Source: Squalus acanthias (taxonomy: Eukaryota). Taken from it: a DNA stretch of 64,000 nt. This document shows positions 13,565 to 26,334 of this stretch, one piece after another; position 1 is the first letter of the stretch; each line of letters starts with the position of its first letter. The stretch is from positions 162,504,001 to 162,568,000 of the forward strand of contig CM059425.1 of assembly GCA_030390025.1 (NCBI GenBank), given 5' to 3'. The notes beneath the pieces are model-generated. The model saw only the letters and a program-made list of their open reading frames with translations, did no database searches and was not told where the DNA came from. Made by a program: the position numbers and the translations under genes.

Positions 13565-14761
13565 GGAGGAAGGTAAGTAAATCTGGCCATGATGAGGCCA
13601 CACTAGCCTCCCGGGCAGCAATGTGCACTGCAGGTTCCTACTCCTCCCCGTCGTCCAGCTGTTGCTTCTTCTCCTCTTCCTCTGAAGAGGCTGTGCGATG
13701 TGCACCTTGCTCCTCATGCAGCTCCAATCCTCGCTGCTGCACTATGTTGTGCAGTGCACAGCAAATGACGACAATTCTGGAGACCCTGGCTGGTGCGTAC
13801 TGAAGGGCTCCTCCAGATCTGTCAAGGCATCTGAAGCGCATCTTAAGCATGCCTATTGTTTGCTCTATGACACATCGTGGTGGACATGCGGCTTTCATTG
13901 TAACGCACCTCGGCCTCATTACTTGGCCTCCTCAAGGGTGTCATGAGCCACAACTTTAGTGGATAGCCCTTGTCTCCAAGCAGCCAGCCGGTAAGTGTGT
14001 TTGGAAGTGCGAGAAGTTGAGGAAGGGTGGACTTGCGCAGCACGAAAGAGTCATGACAGCTGCCAGGGAATCTGGTGCACACATGCAGGATCATCTTCCT
14101 ATGGTTGCAGACGAGCTGCACATTGAGAGAGTGGAAACCCTTGCGGTTCGAAAACACTCCTGGGTGATGTGGGGGTGCCCTGATGGCCACGTGTGCAGTT
14201 GATGACGCCCTGCATCCATGGGAAGCCAGCCAGAGCCGCAAAGCCGAGCACCCGCTCAGTAACACTGGCTTCATCAGTGGCAAAGTTCACATAATTGGCT
14301 GCCTTGTTAAACATGGCATCGGTGACCTGGGTGATGCATCAATGGCTGGTCGACTGCGAGATGCCGCAAATGTCTGCTGCAGATCCCTGGAAGGAGCCTG
14401 AGGCGAAGAAATTGAGGGCGGTGGTGACCTTGACAGCCACTGGTAAGGCATGTCCACCAGGTCCTCTGGGCAGCAGGTCTTCTTCCAGCAAGCTGCAAAT
14501 ATCTGTGGCAACCTGGCGCGATAGCCTGAACCTCCTTTGGCACTGCTGCTCCGTCATGTTGAGGAAGCTCATCCTCTGCCTGTATACCCTGTGTTGGGGG
14601 TATTGCCCCCGGCACGCTGCAGCCCTGCGCTGATCCCCTCTCTCCTGTGGAGCATCAGGTCGTTGGGGAGAAGGCTACTGGTGTGGTTGCTGCTGCTGGT
14701 GTTGGGGCTCATCCTGGTCCGATTCTGAGGACCAAGGTGAGACAGTATAAGCAGCACCCAT
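13565..14761 (-). pseudogene. Harbinger (HARBI1-like, DDE_Tnp_4) transposase, frameshifted
   Basis: Motifs [30 protein letters not shown] (catalytic D changed to N), [45 protein letters not shown]. Confidence 0.93.
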
Positions 14762-15895
14762 GTTGATGTCATAGATGGCAGATCAAGTAGCAATCAGAGG
14801 GCCAATCCCTCAATGTTCTAATACTGACTAACAGTGTGCTGAGAGTGGCTTCCGAGGTTGCAGAAGTGACCTTCAAACTCTAGAAACCTAAATCTGTGCA
14901 CAAAATGGAGTCAGCAAGAGCCTTTCACTTAGGCAACTAATGAGGTGTAAGGTGTGTGTATTTATCTGGTATTCCCAGCTGTCAATTAATGCACTCGCAC
15001 AATGGCCATTGAGCTTCCGCCTCTCCTTCACAGGTGCGGTTCCCGAGCTGCGTGCTTCCCGTGCTCCTGCCGTTAAATTCAGAAGCTGCAGTTAAAAACT
15101 CTCTTGCGGGTCTGATCACAAGCAGTTAATGAGTTGAATTAGGTCACCCGCCTCTGCCAATCGGGTCCGTGGCACGCTGGGAAACGCACCCGAGTTAAAG
15201 ACGCGAGGAGTCGGGATGACGGCGGGGTCCCAACGCGCTGCCTATTTCCGCTATTTTAACAGCTGACCTGCCTCCAAACCCGCACGCATGGCAATGGGAA
15301 AATTCTGGTCTAAGTCTTTGCACAGCTATTTTAATTGTATGCCCGCCCCATTCCTGCCAGGCAGGGTAGGTTAAAAATCCCTCTATATCTGGATTTTGCA
15401 GATTGTTAGAGGTCGTATCAAATCTGCTGCTAACACCAATGACAAAAGCATATTGTTCCTTTAATTCCTTACTAATTCAATGGCATAACTTGTTTCCCAG
15501 TGGGATAATACTTGTGAATTTGGCTGTTGATTATTTCAAATTTGCAATCTGTATAGTTTTTTGGGGGGCATTGGGGCTGGATATAAGTCTCATTGGTATG
15601 CTTTGACTGACAACTGATTCATGCTAGCAAGAGCTTAATAGGTCTCTAAAAACCATCAACAATGCATTATAACCCCTGAACAATTACCATAGTTAAAATT
15701 GTAAGAAAGGAACGTTAACTTTATGAGTTCCTTTTTGTGGCACTTAAGTGTAGTTAGCTTGAAAGGAAAGGGAATTGACAATGTGGAAAGTGCTTAAAAA
15801 TTATAAGTTAACAGATAACAATTGACTGTGTACTTATGGATTTACTCACCACTGTGATACTGGTAAATCTTCAATCAGTTTTGAACTAAAAACTA

Positions 15896-16623
15896 TAGCT
15901 AGAATTCAGTTTGAAAAGTAGAAAACGTAGCGCCAGGCGCTAATGATTCTCTCCTGCCGGGAAATTCAGCTTTAGCGCTCCAAGAGGGAAGTGGAACGCT
16001 AAATCAAGCGCTAACCACTTCTCTTAGGGCGCTAAAGTCCGAGAGCGGGGCGGTAGCGGCAGAGCGTTGAACAATTTGGAGCGCATTGCTAACGACATCA
16101 GAGGCTGCTTCCCTCGCTTTAAGGGAAGGGCCAATGATGGTGCACAATCTACTTGTTGGCAGTTCTGTGTTGCAAGGCGACCTGCGCGACTGCCATTACA
16201 GCCCTAAACACTCTCACAAAGTGAAGGGCTTGGATATCTTGCAGCAATGAAACATCAAAAACTTTGAGCAGGCACCAGGCTGGTGCAAATAATATAGGTT
16301 GGCCTACCTGAAAACCATTCCCTCTAATTAGCGCTCCCCAAGTGGCCAGCCGATTTGACAACGCCTCCTCTTCCTGCCGTTGTTCACGCCCGGCGATACA
16401 GCAATTTCACATCTGGGGCGATAACCGGGTGCTGCGCACTTTATGACGTCATGATCTGCGAGGTGCTAGAGACCCAGGCGGTAAGAGTTAGCGCCAGCGC
16501 TAAACGGCACTGAAGTTCACGGGTGTCGCTGCATTCGCCGTGCCTGGTCGCTAACCTCTTAGTGCCCCGTTGGCGCCCCCCCAGGCGCTAATGGGAGGCG
16601 CTAACCAACCGAATTTATCCCCC
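15896..16623. mobile_element. Harbinger-type MITE, GCGCTAA-rich family
   Basis: Termini ..GCTAGAATTCAG / GGGGGATAAATTCGG; homologous to 17177-18077 and, inverted, to 43427-44193. Confidence 0.75.
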
Positions 16624-16989
16624 ATATATTTATGCTGACATATGGGATTCAACAATAAATAGGTGGCAACAGACAGAACTTACCCCTGGTGAACAGTAGC
16701 ATTGGTTTTGGATGGTAACTGGGCATTAAACCGGCATCATTATTTTTGTGATGGGGAGCCAATACTCCATTCATTATTACTGCCCAGCCATTGGTAGCAC
16801 CATGGCATGGCTTATTTGAGGCTCTTCTATGTGTGGCCAGTATTTGCTACTGATATTGGTAATAAAAGGGAAAAAACTGGGACTGAAGGTGAATTATTCC
16901 ATAGTAAAAAAATTCCAGCAATCATCATGTTTGAACTGAACTGTATGCGAAAGAACTGGAATAAATAAAACAAAAACTACCAACAGCCA

Positions 16990-18155
16990 AGAACAAGAAC
17001 AACTTGTATTTATATAGTGCCCTTAATATAATAAAACATCCCAAGGCGCTTCACAGAAGCGTTATCAAACAAAATTTGACACCAAGCCACATATGGAGAT
17101 ATTAGGACAGGTGACCAAAAGCTTGGTCAAAAAGGTAGGTTTTAAGGTGCGCCTTAAAGGAGGAGAGAGAGGCAGAGGGGGAGAAATTCAGGATCGCCCC
17201 ATTTGGGCCGCAATTATCGGCCGGGCGCAAAGATTAGCGCCTGGCGCTAATTATCGCCACTGACTGCAAACTTGACTTTTATCGCCCCTGGAGGTGATTG
17301 GAGCGCTAAATCAGGCGCTTCACACCTGTCTTAAGGCGCAAAGGCCGAGGAGCGAGGCGCTAACTCAGAGCGCTGGCGAAGCTCATGTGATGTCAGTCAG
17401 CAATGGAACACACACACAATGGCATGGGCCAGTTCTTAAAGGGGATGGTTGATCTTGCTTTCCATCCACATCCTGCTCATTGCAGCCTTGAATCTCAGCC
17501 TGGAGAGACCTGCACATCAAATCTGCTGGGAAGAACAATGGAGAGTACCAGGGAAAGAGCTCAGAGTGCAGCCCCCACAGTCTCTTCTAAATCGATACAA
17601 GGAAGGGCTAATCAAAATGAACCTGCAAAGTGCTGCTCAGTCCCCAAAACTCCTTCACACAGCGTTGAATCTCTCCAGAAGTCTCTCTCTCTCTCTCTCT
17701 CTCTCTCAGAATGCGTGGTTCAAAAATGGCACCAACAATAAAAGGCAGGAAGCGGTCGCCTTTAAATAGCGCTCCCCCAGTCCCTTCATGACTGCAAAAC
17801 GCTCCCCTCAACCTGTCGTTGCTAGCGTCAGGCGGTAAGGCAGGGGGCGCCACTCAATATCCGCTCCGGGGCGATACTGGGGCGTTGCGCACTCGACTGA
17901 CGTCACGATCTGCCTGCGCAGGAGATCGTGGCGGTAGTGTTTAGCGCCGCCGTAAAATGTCTAGTTAATTTCGTGAGTGGCGCAAACATCGCTGCGCCTG
18001 GGCGCTAGATGCTTTGCGCCCCATTAGCGCCCTCTTAAGGCGCTAACGGGAGGCGCAACCAACTGAATTTTTTCCCCAGAGAGTTTTAGGAAGGGAATTG
18101 CAGAGGCGAGGGTCCAGGTAGCTAAAGGCACGGCCGCCAATGGTAGAGCGATTAA
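16990..18155 (-). mobile_element. L2 LINE 3' tail split by the MITE at 17177-18077
   Basis: ACAACTTGTATTTATATAGTGCC...GGTGACCAAAAGCTTGGTCAAA...AGGAGAGAGAGGCAGA, resuming with AGAGAGTTTTAGGAAGGGAATTGCAGAG. Confidence 0.7.
17177..18077. mobile_element. Harbinger-type MITE, GCGCTAA-rich family, with an internal (CT)n
   Basis: TIRs GGGGGAGAAATTCAG / GGGGAAAAAATTCAG; 3-bp AGA duplication on both sides. Confidence 0.85.
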
Positions 18156-18969
18156 AAAAGTAACTACTGTAGATAAGAAAAGACAATGACTAGGGGCCAA
18201 TGTAATTGTTTAAATTAGAATATTTTTTGGTTAATGATGGTTCTTCTTCATCAGAGCTGAGCAATACCTTTCTGCCTATTCAATTTGATTTAGCTATCCA
18301 TCCTGTTTGTTTTTGCTGGTTAATGGGAGGGATGGGTTATTGAGCATTCATTCATTTTTGACATTAATTAAAAGGCTGCATTTCCAAATTTCTTTATCTC
18401 AATGCAGAGCCTCGTCCACTGGGAGCACATATTTGAAAAGTGCAGGTCCACTCCCCACAATTTTCCATCAATTGAAATTAATAGACAGAAAACTGCGATT
18501 TCCTAACATAAGATATTCAAAATTGATGGGCAGGAAAAGACCAGCTGATCCATCAAGCCTGCCCCACACTCGTGATGGATGGAGCATCATGACTTGAGAC
18601 TTCCCTCCCCCTACCCGCAAACATGTAATCTCCTGGGAGCGCCCTGTGATTTTATAACGTGCTCTTGGCAGGCGAGGCTTTACACCAGCGGTGTGGATTC
18701 ATAAAATGGTACTTATATGCATAAACTCAATGTAGGAGGTTGGTTGAATAACAGATAATTTACTAACAAAGAACTGAATGAAAGGATTGCTCTTTTTCTG
18801 ATTTTATTTTTAAATTTCAAGAATGGATCATGGTCATTGGTACTCATTCCAGTGATGCCTCATGCAGACAGGTGGGCAGGTCATCTCAGCCAACTGCTTC
18901 CTCCCCTCCCCCATCTAACTGTTGATGGAAGTGACATTTCATACTCAGTCAGTATGAGAAGCACTTTCC

Positions 18970-19078
18970 GACATTACAACAGTAACTACACTTCAAAAGT
19001 ACTTCATTGGCGGTGAAACGCTTTGAGACGTTCTGAGGTTGTCAAATGTGCTATATAAATGCACGTCTTTCTTTCTTC
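18970..19078 (+). mobile_element. Deu-type SINE 3' tail
   Basis: Matches 570-669. Confidence 0.6.
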
Positions 19079-20990
19079 TTAGTACATTCCTCCTTGGTGA
19101 GATGGCATCCCTGCTGAAAATTCGTGAAAATAATTAATATGGAACTCTTGGATTCAGTATCATCCACCAGTTCTCAAAATCTTATTAGTGAACTTTTGTG
19201 CTCATTGAGGTGATGGATGTTGCTACTTGGGAATGCAACACATTTCCACTTTCAGCTTCCACTGTTAACACCAAGCACTCCTAGGTTAGGAACCAAAAGT
19301 ATTAGGTGCTGAATAACGCTCCAACTATTCTAATATCAATGAGCTGAAAACCCAGGCTCAAGAGTATGCTGTGCAACACCAGTATCATATTTGTGTCTTT
19401 CACACCAACAATATTTGTGAGCTGTCCCACAAGGAGAACCACAATTTAGTGCTAATTTGTGTTGAATTGTGGGACAGTTTTCTGATGTGGCCAACTCACT
19501 TCATGTCAGACCATACAGGCATTCACCTTTCACCCTATCAGAGTAGATTCAAGTATAGGTATCATGTTGGTTGAGACCTGACAAAGCATACTCAAACTAT
19601 AAAAACTCATGCAATGCACTTTATACCCTAAACTGCATTGTTAAGCCTATGACAGAAAGCCTGTGAGATGCAACTCTTTAAATCTACTGACTTCATGTTC
19701 TCTATCATGTAAAGAACATATTTTCAGACCAACTGCTCCATGCTTTGTTACCCTGTCAGTAAGTCCAGCATTTTATGCTTAATATTTTTCAATTTATATT
19801 TTCTAATGACATGCCTGTTGTAAACAGTTAGACCTGATATCAGAACATACCCTCAACTGTAGTGTGGATTTGACTTGCCTGCACATTGATAAATACCATT
19901 TTCAGCAGTTAGTGTTTGCCAACTCCTTCCATCACACACTAAACTGACAATCCTTTCCTCAAACAGCTTGCCCTATGGGTCCTTCAGCTTATTGCACCAT
20001 AGCAAACTGTGTATTCACTTCTGTTATTAGAAAACAAAGAACAGCGCAAAGTTTGGTGCAGTGGGTTTGGGGTGCAAGACTCTAATGGGCCCCAAGAGCA
20101 CCATCCCAGAGGTACAAGACAAGACACTAGCACTATGCTACTCCTAGCTGGAGCAATGCTCAAGCAAATTATACTTTTCTCACCCACTGCGGACTGAAGC
20201 AAGGATGTAACGATACTGAAACATCTCTCTCAGTCAGAAATGATCTTATCAGAATTCCCACAAGAGCATCTAGGAAGAACACTACAGCTCTCCCCACCGA
20301 ACAATCAGAAGAATTTATGTACTGTGATCTGCAACCCCCATGACATCATCTGTTTTCTCCTCTATTGTGAGATCCTGTCATAATTGACACATGTGAGATA
20401 TCAATTGAGGATTCAGGATTACCTTAAGGAAGCTTTTTATCCATAGGCAAACAAACTTGATTTCTAATGAAAATGCAGGATTCATGTTATTCTGTAATAC
20501 ACTGATTATCAATTATTATCCCACTATCCAAAAGTCACATTATGACATCCTTAGATTGCAGCACAAATTCGGTATTGACCTAAAATGTCTCAACACTAAT
20601 ATTTAAATAATATTACAGCATGCAATATTATCACAGAGATGTTCTACTTGCCCTTCAGCATTTTTTTGCTATTTGTTTTCTTAATATGAGGGAAAACACA
20701 TTTCCGTCAGAGACCTGGGGGGAATTTTAACCCTCAAGGATGGGTGGGTTGGGGGCGGGAGAGAAGGTAAAAAAAATTTTTAAATCTCAAACCCGACTCC
20801 AACCCTCCTACTTCCGTTTTTAACGGAGGCGGGTCGGGGGGGTGGGCAATCAATCCGCTCTCAGGAGGTGGGTCGGTCACTGAAATCTTTTAAGGAGGCT
20901 GTGTGCCTCCATTTTAACAGCATTTTCATTTTTAACTCATGGAGGCCAGGATTCTCAGGCCTCGGGAAACCTGGCAGGTAAAAGGAGATG

Positions 20991-22254
20991 AGAACATAAG
21001 AACATAAGAAATAGGAGCAGGAGTAGGTCATTCGGCCATTCAAGCCTGCTCCGACATTCAATAAGATCATGGCTGATCTTCTGCCTCAACTCCACCTTCC
21101 TGCACTATCCCCATATCCTTTGATTCCCTTAAATATCCAAAAATCTATCAATCTCTGTCTTGAATATGCTCAACAACTGAGCATCCACAGCCCTCCGGGG
21201 TAGAGAATTCCAAAGATTCACAACCCTTTAAGTGAAGAAATTTCTCCTCATCTCTGTCCTAAATGGCTGACCCCTTATTCTGAGACTGTGACCCCTAGTT
21301 CTATGCTCCCCAGCCAGGGGAAACATCCTCCCTGCATCTACCCTGCAAGCCCTGTAAGAATTTCATATGTTTCAATGAGATCACCTCTCATTCTTTTAAA
21401 TTCTAGGGAATATAGGCCTAGTCTCCTCAATCTCTCCTCATAGGACAATCTCCTCATCCCAGGAATCAGTCTGGTGAATCTTCGTTGTACTCCCTCTAAG
21501 GCAAGTATATTTGTCCTTAGGTAAGGAGATCAAAACTGTACACAGTGCTCCAGGTGTGGTCTCACCAAAGCCTTGTATAATTGCCATAAGACTTCTTTAC
21601 ATGTATACTCCAATCCTTTTGTAATAAAGGCTAACATACCCTTTGCTTTCCTAATTGCTTGCTGTACCTGCAGGTTAACTTTCAGTGATTTGTGTACAAG
21701 AACACCCAGGTCCTTCGGAATACCAACATTTCCCAATCTCTCACCATTTAAAAAATATTCTGTATTTCTATTTTTCCTACCAAAGTGGATATCTTCACAT
21801 TTTTCCACATTATATTCCATCTGCCATGTTCTTGACCACTCACTTAACCTGTCTATATCCCTATGTAGCCTCTTTGCATCCTCCTCAGAACTTATTTTCT
21901 CACCTAGCTATGTATCATAAGCAAACTTGGATACATTACACTCGGTCCCTTCATCTAAGTCATTGATATAGATTGTAAATAGCTGAGGTACAAGGACTGA
22001 TCCTTGTGGTACCCCACTAGTTGCACCCTGCCAACCTGAAAATGACCCATTTGTTCCCACTCTCTGTTTTCTGTCCATTAACCAATCCTCAATCCATGCT
22101 AATATAATACCCCCAATCCCATAAGCCCTTTGTGTAATACCTTCTCGTATCTTTGTGTAATATCTTGTGCAGCACCTTATCGAATGCTTTCTGAAAATCC
22201 GAATACACTAAGTCCACTCGTTCCCCCTTATCTACCCTGCTAGTTACCTCAAAA
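20991..22254 (-). mobile_element. 5'-truncated CR1 LINE (RT C-terminal half plus 3' tail)
   Basis: FNVEKC..IHFGRKN-type and LYKALVRPHLEHCVQF motifs; (CATAAGAA)n terminal repeat. Confidence 0.92.
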
Positions 22255-22389
22255 AAAGTCCGGATTGATGAGGTAAGTGCCTTTATTCCACTGCTTGGGC
22301 CAAGAGGAGCAGGAGTGTTTACTACCGGCCCACGAGCTTACATGCACCTGATTGGACTCCTGCAATCGGCTGATTCCCACCTCCCCCCC

Positions 22390-22800
22390 GCCCAGGATGT
22401 CCGATCCATCCCTACTCCCACAATGTCCGACAACCTGATATCCGATAACCACTCCCGCGATGTCATACCCCCTGATGTCCGAACCCCCCACGACGTCTGA
22501 CCCTCTGATATCCGATCCCCACCCCTGCGATATCCGCCCCCCTGATGTCCGATCCTCACCCCCCTTGATGCCTGACCCCCCGCGATGTCTGACCCCTGAT
22601 GTCCGATCCCCACCCCCGCAATGTCTGACCCCTGATGTCCAATCCCCACTCTGCGATGTCTGACTCCCCCTGCGATGTCCAACCCCCCGATGTTAGATCC
22701 CCACCCCCACGATGTCTGACCCCCCCCGCGATGTCTGACCCCTGATGTCCGATCCCCACCCCCGCAATGTCTGACCCCCCCCGCAAAATCCGACCCCTGT
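22390..22800. repeat. C-rich minisatellite (~18/38-bp units, CCCCCGCGATGTCTGACCCCTGATGTCCGATCCCCA)
   Basis: Visible tandem array. Confidence 0.9.
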
Positions 22801-24348
22801 TGGACAGGAAACCTGTTGAAAAATTGTAAAAGACGTCCTGCGGTTAATTTCTGCAGGAACTCTGGGTAACCCATACTTCCAGGTTTCCTGTATGAAAATC
22901 CTCCCACCAACTCTCTTCCCAGCCCAGAGTAAATATCAGGGCCCTGTAATCCTTAAAGAGTTAAATTTAACATTTCAGAGTTGCTATGTGAGAGTGCTTC
23001 TGTTTGGTTCGTCAATCCCTGAGGAAATGTCCTATTTTGTACATGACCAGACATTTTTTTAATCCACAGTTTATTAACATTCAGGCCTCAAGGTAATATT
23101 TCTACAATCTGACAGCCAGCAGTTAAGTACAAGACTATAACAGCAAACATCAATAATAAACAAATGTCCTGCAGGTTAATTTTTTCATCTACTTAATAAA
23201 AAAAAGCCTACAATGACATTTCAAAATGTGATTTAGAAGTGTATAAAGCTGTAGAGCACTCTGTCCAATTAGAAACCAGCCATTACGAAGATTACTAAAC
23301 AAGATATTTTGTTTGAATAAAATGATTTTTTGTTTACTCATTTTCCAAACTGTAGCCTGCAAACAGCATAATTTATTACATATTTACTACAACTACACAT
23401 TAATGTTACCATGCCAAAGCAGTTGGATTAGAACAGGATGCCCCCAATGCATATGCAAATTGCTTTGAAATTTGGAATTAACTCAGGATCTACAATAATG
23501 GTTGCCTAACAGAGCATTTCAATTCTGAGAGAGTGCAGATTATGCCGTAAAAGATACTAAAACATACCTTGTATACATATTATAAACAGTAGGGTAAAGG
23601 TTAACATCAGAACAAGAGAAATGTCTTTTTTTAACTTGCAAAAGATTTCATCATTAATATTTTATAGAAATAGAAAAGCAAAACCTGAAATAAATTTGGC
23701 CTTTGGTATTTCTTCCCTAACGAAGCTCTAGAGTAGATTTAACTGCTTTCTGCCTGAGGCATTGTGTGGTTTAACAGCTCCCGGTCTCCCAAAGGAAAAT
23801 ATGTGAAGTTTAAAAGTAAAAGAATCTATATATGTTAGGAACCAAGACAATGCTGCGCATCTGCCATAGATTGTCTCTTCCTCGAGTTTCCCAGCCAAAT
23901 ATACAACCTTTGAGTGAAAACAATGGATGCAAAAGGCTTGGATTGCATTGTAAATGTGCTAATGTAAAAAAAGTACTCAACATTTCCTAGTGTGGAAAAC
24001 AAATATGACTTTGTTGCTTTGAACAGGGGTCTAAGCTCCAAAAAGAATTGCAAAGTATTAAAATATTACTTTTCATTATTTTTAAATGCTCCCAGAACTG
24101 TGTTGTAACCTTCAGTGAAATAGATTTTGAAACTATCAGTTAGACTGTTGAAGAAATAACATCTATTTTTATAATTCTTTGTAAACCATGGGGCTAATTT
24201 CTAGTAACTTTCCAGCAAGTGTGCTGCTATTAAAATATTTAATGAACTTTTGGTGAAATCAGATGAAATATTTTGTTTATTTAATTATCAGTTGGTACAC
24301 TAAAAATAAGTTTAAAACATTACTGATTTGTATTTTTTCTTTTACTTG

Positions 24349-25425
24349 GAATCCATTATTAAGGAATTAATAGTAGGACATTTAGAAAATCATAATACAA
24401 GCAAGCAGAATCAACATGGTTTTATGAAACGGAAATCATGTTTGACAAATTTACTAGAGTTCTTTGAGGATGTAATGAGCAGGGTGGATAAAGGAGAACC
24501 AGTAGAAGTAGTATATTTAGATTTCCAGAAGGCATTCGATAAGGTGCCGCATAAAAGGTTACTGCACAAGATAAGCGCTCACGGTGTTGGGAGTAATATA
24601 TTAGATTGGATAGAGGATTGGCTAACTAACAGAAAACAGAGAGTCGGAATAAATGGGTCATTTTCAGGTTGGCAAACTGTAACTAGTGGGGTGCCACAGG
24701 GATCAGTGCTGGGGCCTCAACTATTTACAATTAATATTAATGACTTGGATGAAGGGACCGAGTGCACTATTGTCAAATTTGTTGACAATACAAAGATAGG
24801 TGGGAAAGCAAGTTGTGAGGAGTACACAAAGAGACTGCAAAGGGATATAGATAGGTTAAGTGAGTGGGCAAAAATTTGGCAGATGTAGTATAATGTGGAA
24901 AAATGTGAGGTTATCCACTTTGGTAGGAAGAATAAAAAAGCAAAATATTATTTAAATGGAGAGAGACTACAGAATGCTGCGGTACAGAGGGATCTGGGTG
25001 TCCTCGTATATGAAACACAAAAAGTTAGCATGCAGGTGCAGCAAGTAATTAGGAAGGCAAATGGAATGTTGGCCTTTATTGCAAGGGGGGTGGAGTACAA
25101 AAATAGCGAAGTCTTGCTACAACTGTACAGGGCGTTGGTGACACCACACCTGGAGTACTGCGGACAGTTTTGGTCTCCTTATTTAAGGAAGGATATACTT
25201 GCATTGGAGGCAGTTCAGAGAAGGTTCACTAGGTTGATTCCTGAGTTGAAGGGGTTGTCTTATGAGGAAAAGTTGAGCAGGTTGGGCCTATACTCATTGG
25301 AGTTTAGAAGAATGAGAGGTGATCTTAGTGAAACATATAAGATTCTGAGGAGGCTTGACAGGGTAGATGCAGAGAAGATGTTTCCCCTCGTGGGGAATCT
25401 AGAACTAGGGAGCATAGTTTCAGAA
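24349..25425 (+). mobile_element. CR1 LINE reverse transcriptase fragment
   Basis: [49 protein letters not shown]. Confidence 0.95.
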
Positions 25426-26322
25426 TGGGGATGTTCGCTGATGACTGCACAGTATTCAGCGCCATTCGCAATTCCACAGATAATGAAGCAGTCCATGCCC
25501 TCATGCAACAAGACCTGGACGACGTTCAGGCTTGGGCTGATAAGTGGCAGGTAACATTCGCGCCACAGAAGTGCCAGGTAATGACTATCTCCAACAAGTA
25601 AGAATTTAACCACCTCACCTTGACATTCAATGGAATCTCCCACTATCAACATCCTGGGGGTCACCATTAACCAGAAGCTTAACTGGACCAGCCACATAAA
25701 TACTGTGGCAACAAGGGCAGGTCAGAGGCTAGGTATTCTGCGGTGAGTGTCTCACCTCCTGACTCCCCAAAGCCTTTCCACCATCTACAAGGCACAAGTA
25801 AGGAGTGTGATGGAATACTCTCCACTTGCCTGGATGAGAGCAGCTCCAACAATTCTCAAGAAGCTCGACACCATCCAGGACAAAGCAGCCCGCTTGATTG
25901 GCACCCCATCCACCACCCTAAACATTCACTCCCTCCACCACCGGCGTACCGTGGCTGCAGTGTGTACCATCTACAAGATGCACTGCAGCAACTCGCCAAG
26001 GCTTCTTCGGCAGCACCTCCCAAACCTGCGACCTCTTCCACCTAGAAGGACAAGGGCAGCAGGCGCATGGGAACACCACCACCTTCAAGTTCCCCTCCAA
26101 GTCACACACCATCCTGACTTAGAAGTATATCGCCGATCCTTCATCGTCGCTGGGTCAAAATGCTAGAACTCCCTACCTAACAGCACTGTGGGAGTACCAT
26201 CACCACATGGGCTGCAGCGGTTCAAGAAGGCGGCTCACCACCACCTTCTCATAGGTAACTAGGGATGGGCAATAAATGCTGGCATTGCCAGCGACGCCCT
26301 GATCCCATAAAGAAATAAAAAA
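25426..26322 (+). mobile_element. 3' 0.9 kb of the second LINE lineage
   Basis: Starts at MFADDC and is colinear with the reverse complement of 48120-49025; ends GGGATGGGCAATAAATGCTGGC...AAATAAAAAAA. Confidence 0.9.
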
Positions 26323-26334
26323 ATATTTAAAATA

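Larger units (their letters stand above)
11113..15310 (+). mobile_element. Full-length but mutationally inactivated PIF/Harbinger DNA transposon, 4198 bp
   Basis: Terminal inverted repeats (TIRs) GACCGGAATTTTC / GACCAGAATTTTC (12 of 13 match); TAA TSD at 11110-11112 and 15311-15313; convergent Myb and transposase genes. Confidence 0.95.
10290..15383. mobile_element. Non-autonomous DNA element (MITE) hosting a LINE tail (10716-10992) and a 4.2-kb Harbinger (11113-15310)
   Basis: Host sequence resumes after the TAA TSD at 15311 and ends in GGTTAAAAATCCCTC. Similar to 42593-43143 and 28170-28695. The left boundary is uncertain. Confidence 0.5.
20718..22943. mobile_element. Harbinger-type MITE interrupted by a CR1 and containing a minisatellite
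   Basis: Starts GGGGGAATTTTAA and ends TAAATATCAGGGCC, with CTG on both flanks; GC-rich subtermini. Confidence 0.6.

Noticed and set aside
13565..14761. Host HARBI1 or NAIF1/MSANTD genes
   Set aside because: Multiple copies, bounded by TIRs and a TSD, and disrupted by stops and frameshifts; these are transposon genes, not domesticated loci.
22338..22910. 190-aa Gly-rich ORF
   Set aside because: Translation of a minisatellite inside a MITE.
24895..25554. 219-aa ORF as a novel fusion protein
   Set aside because: Chance read-through from CR1 into an out-of-frame second LINE.
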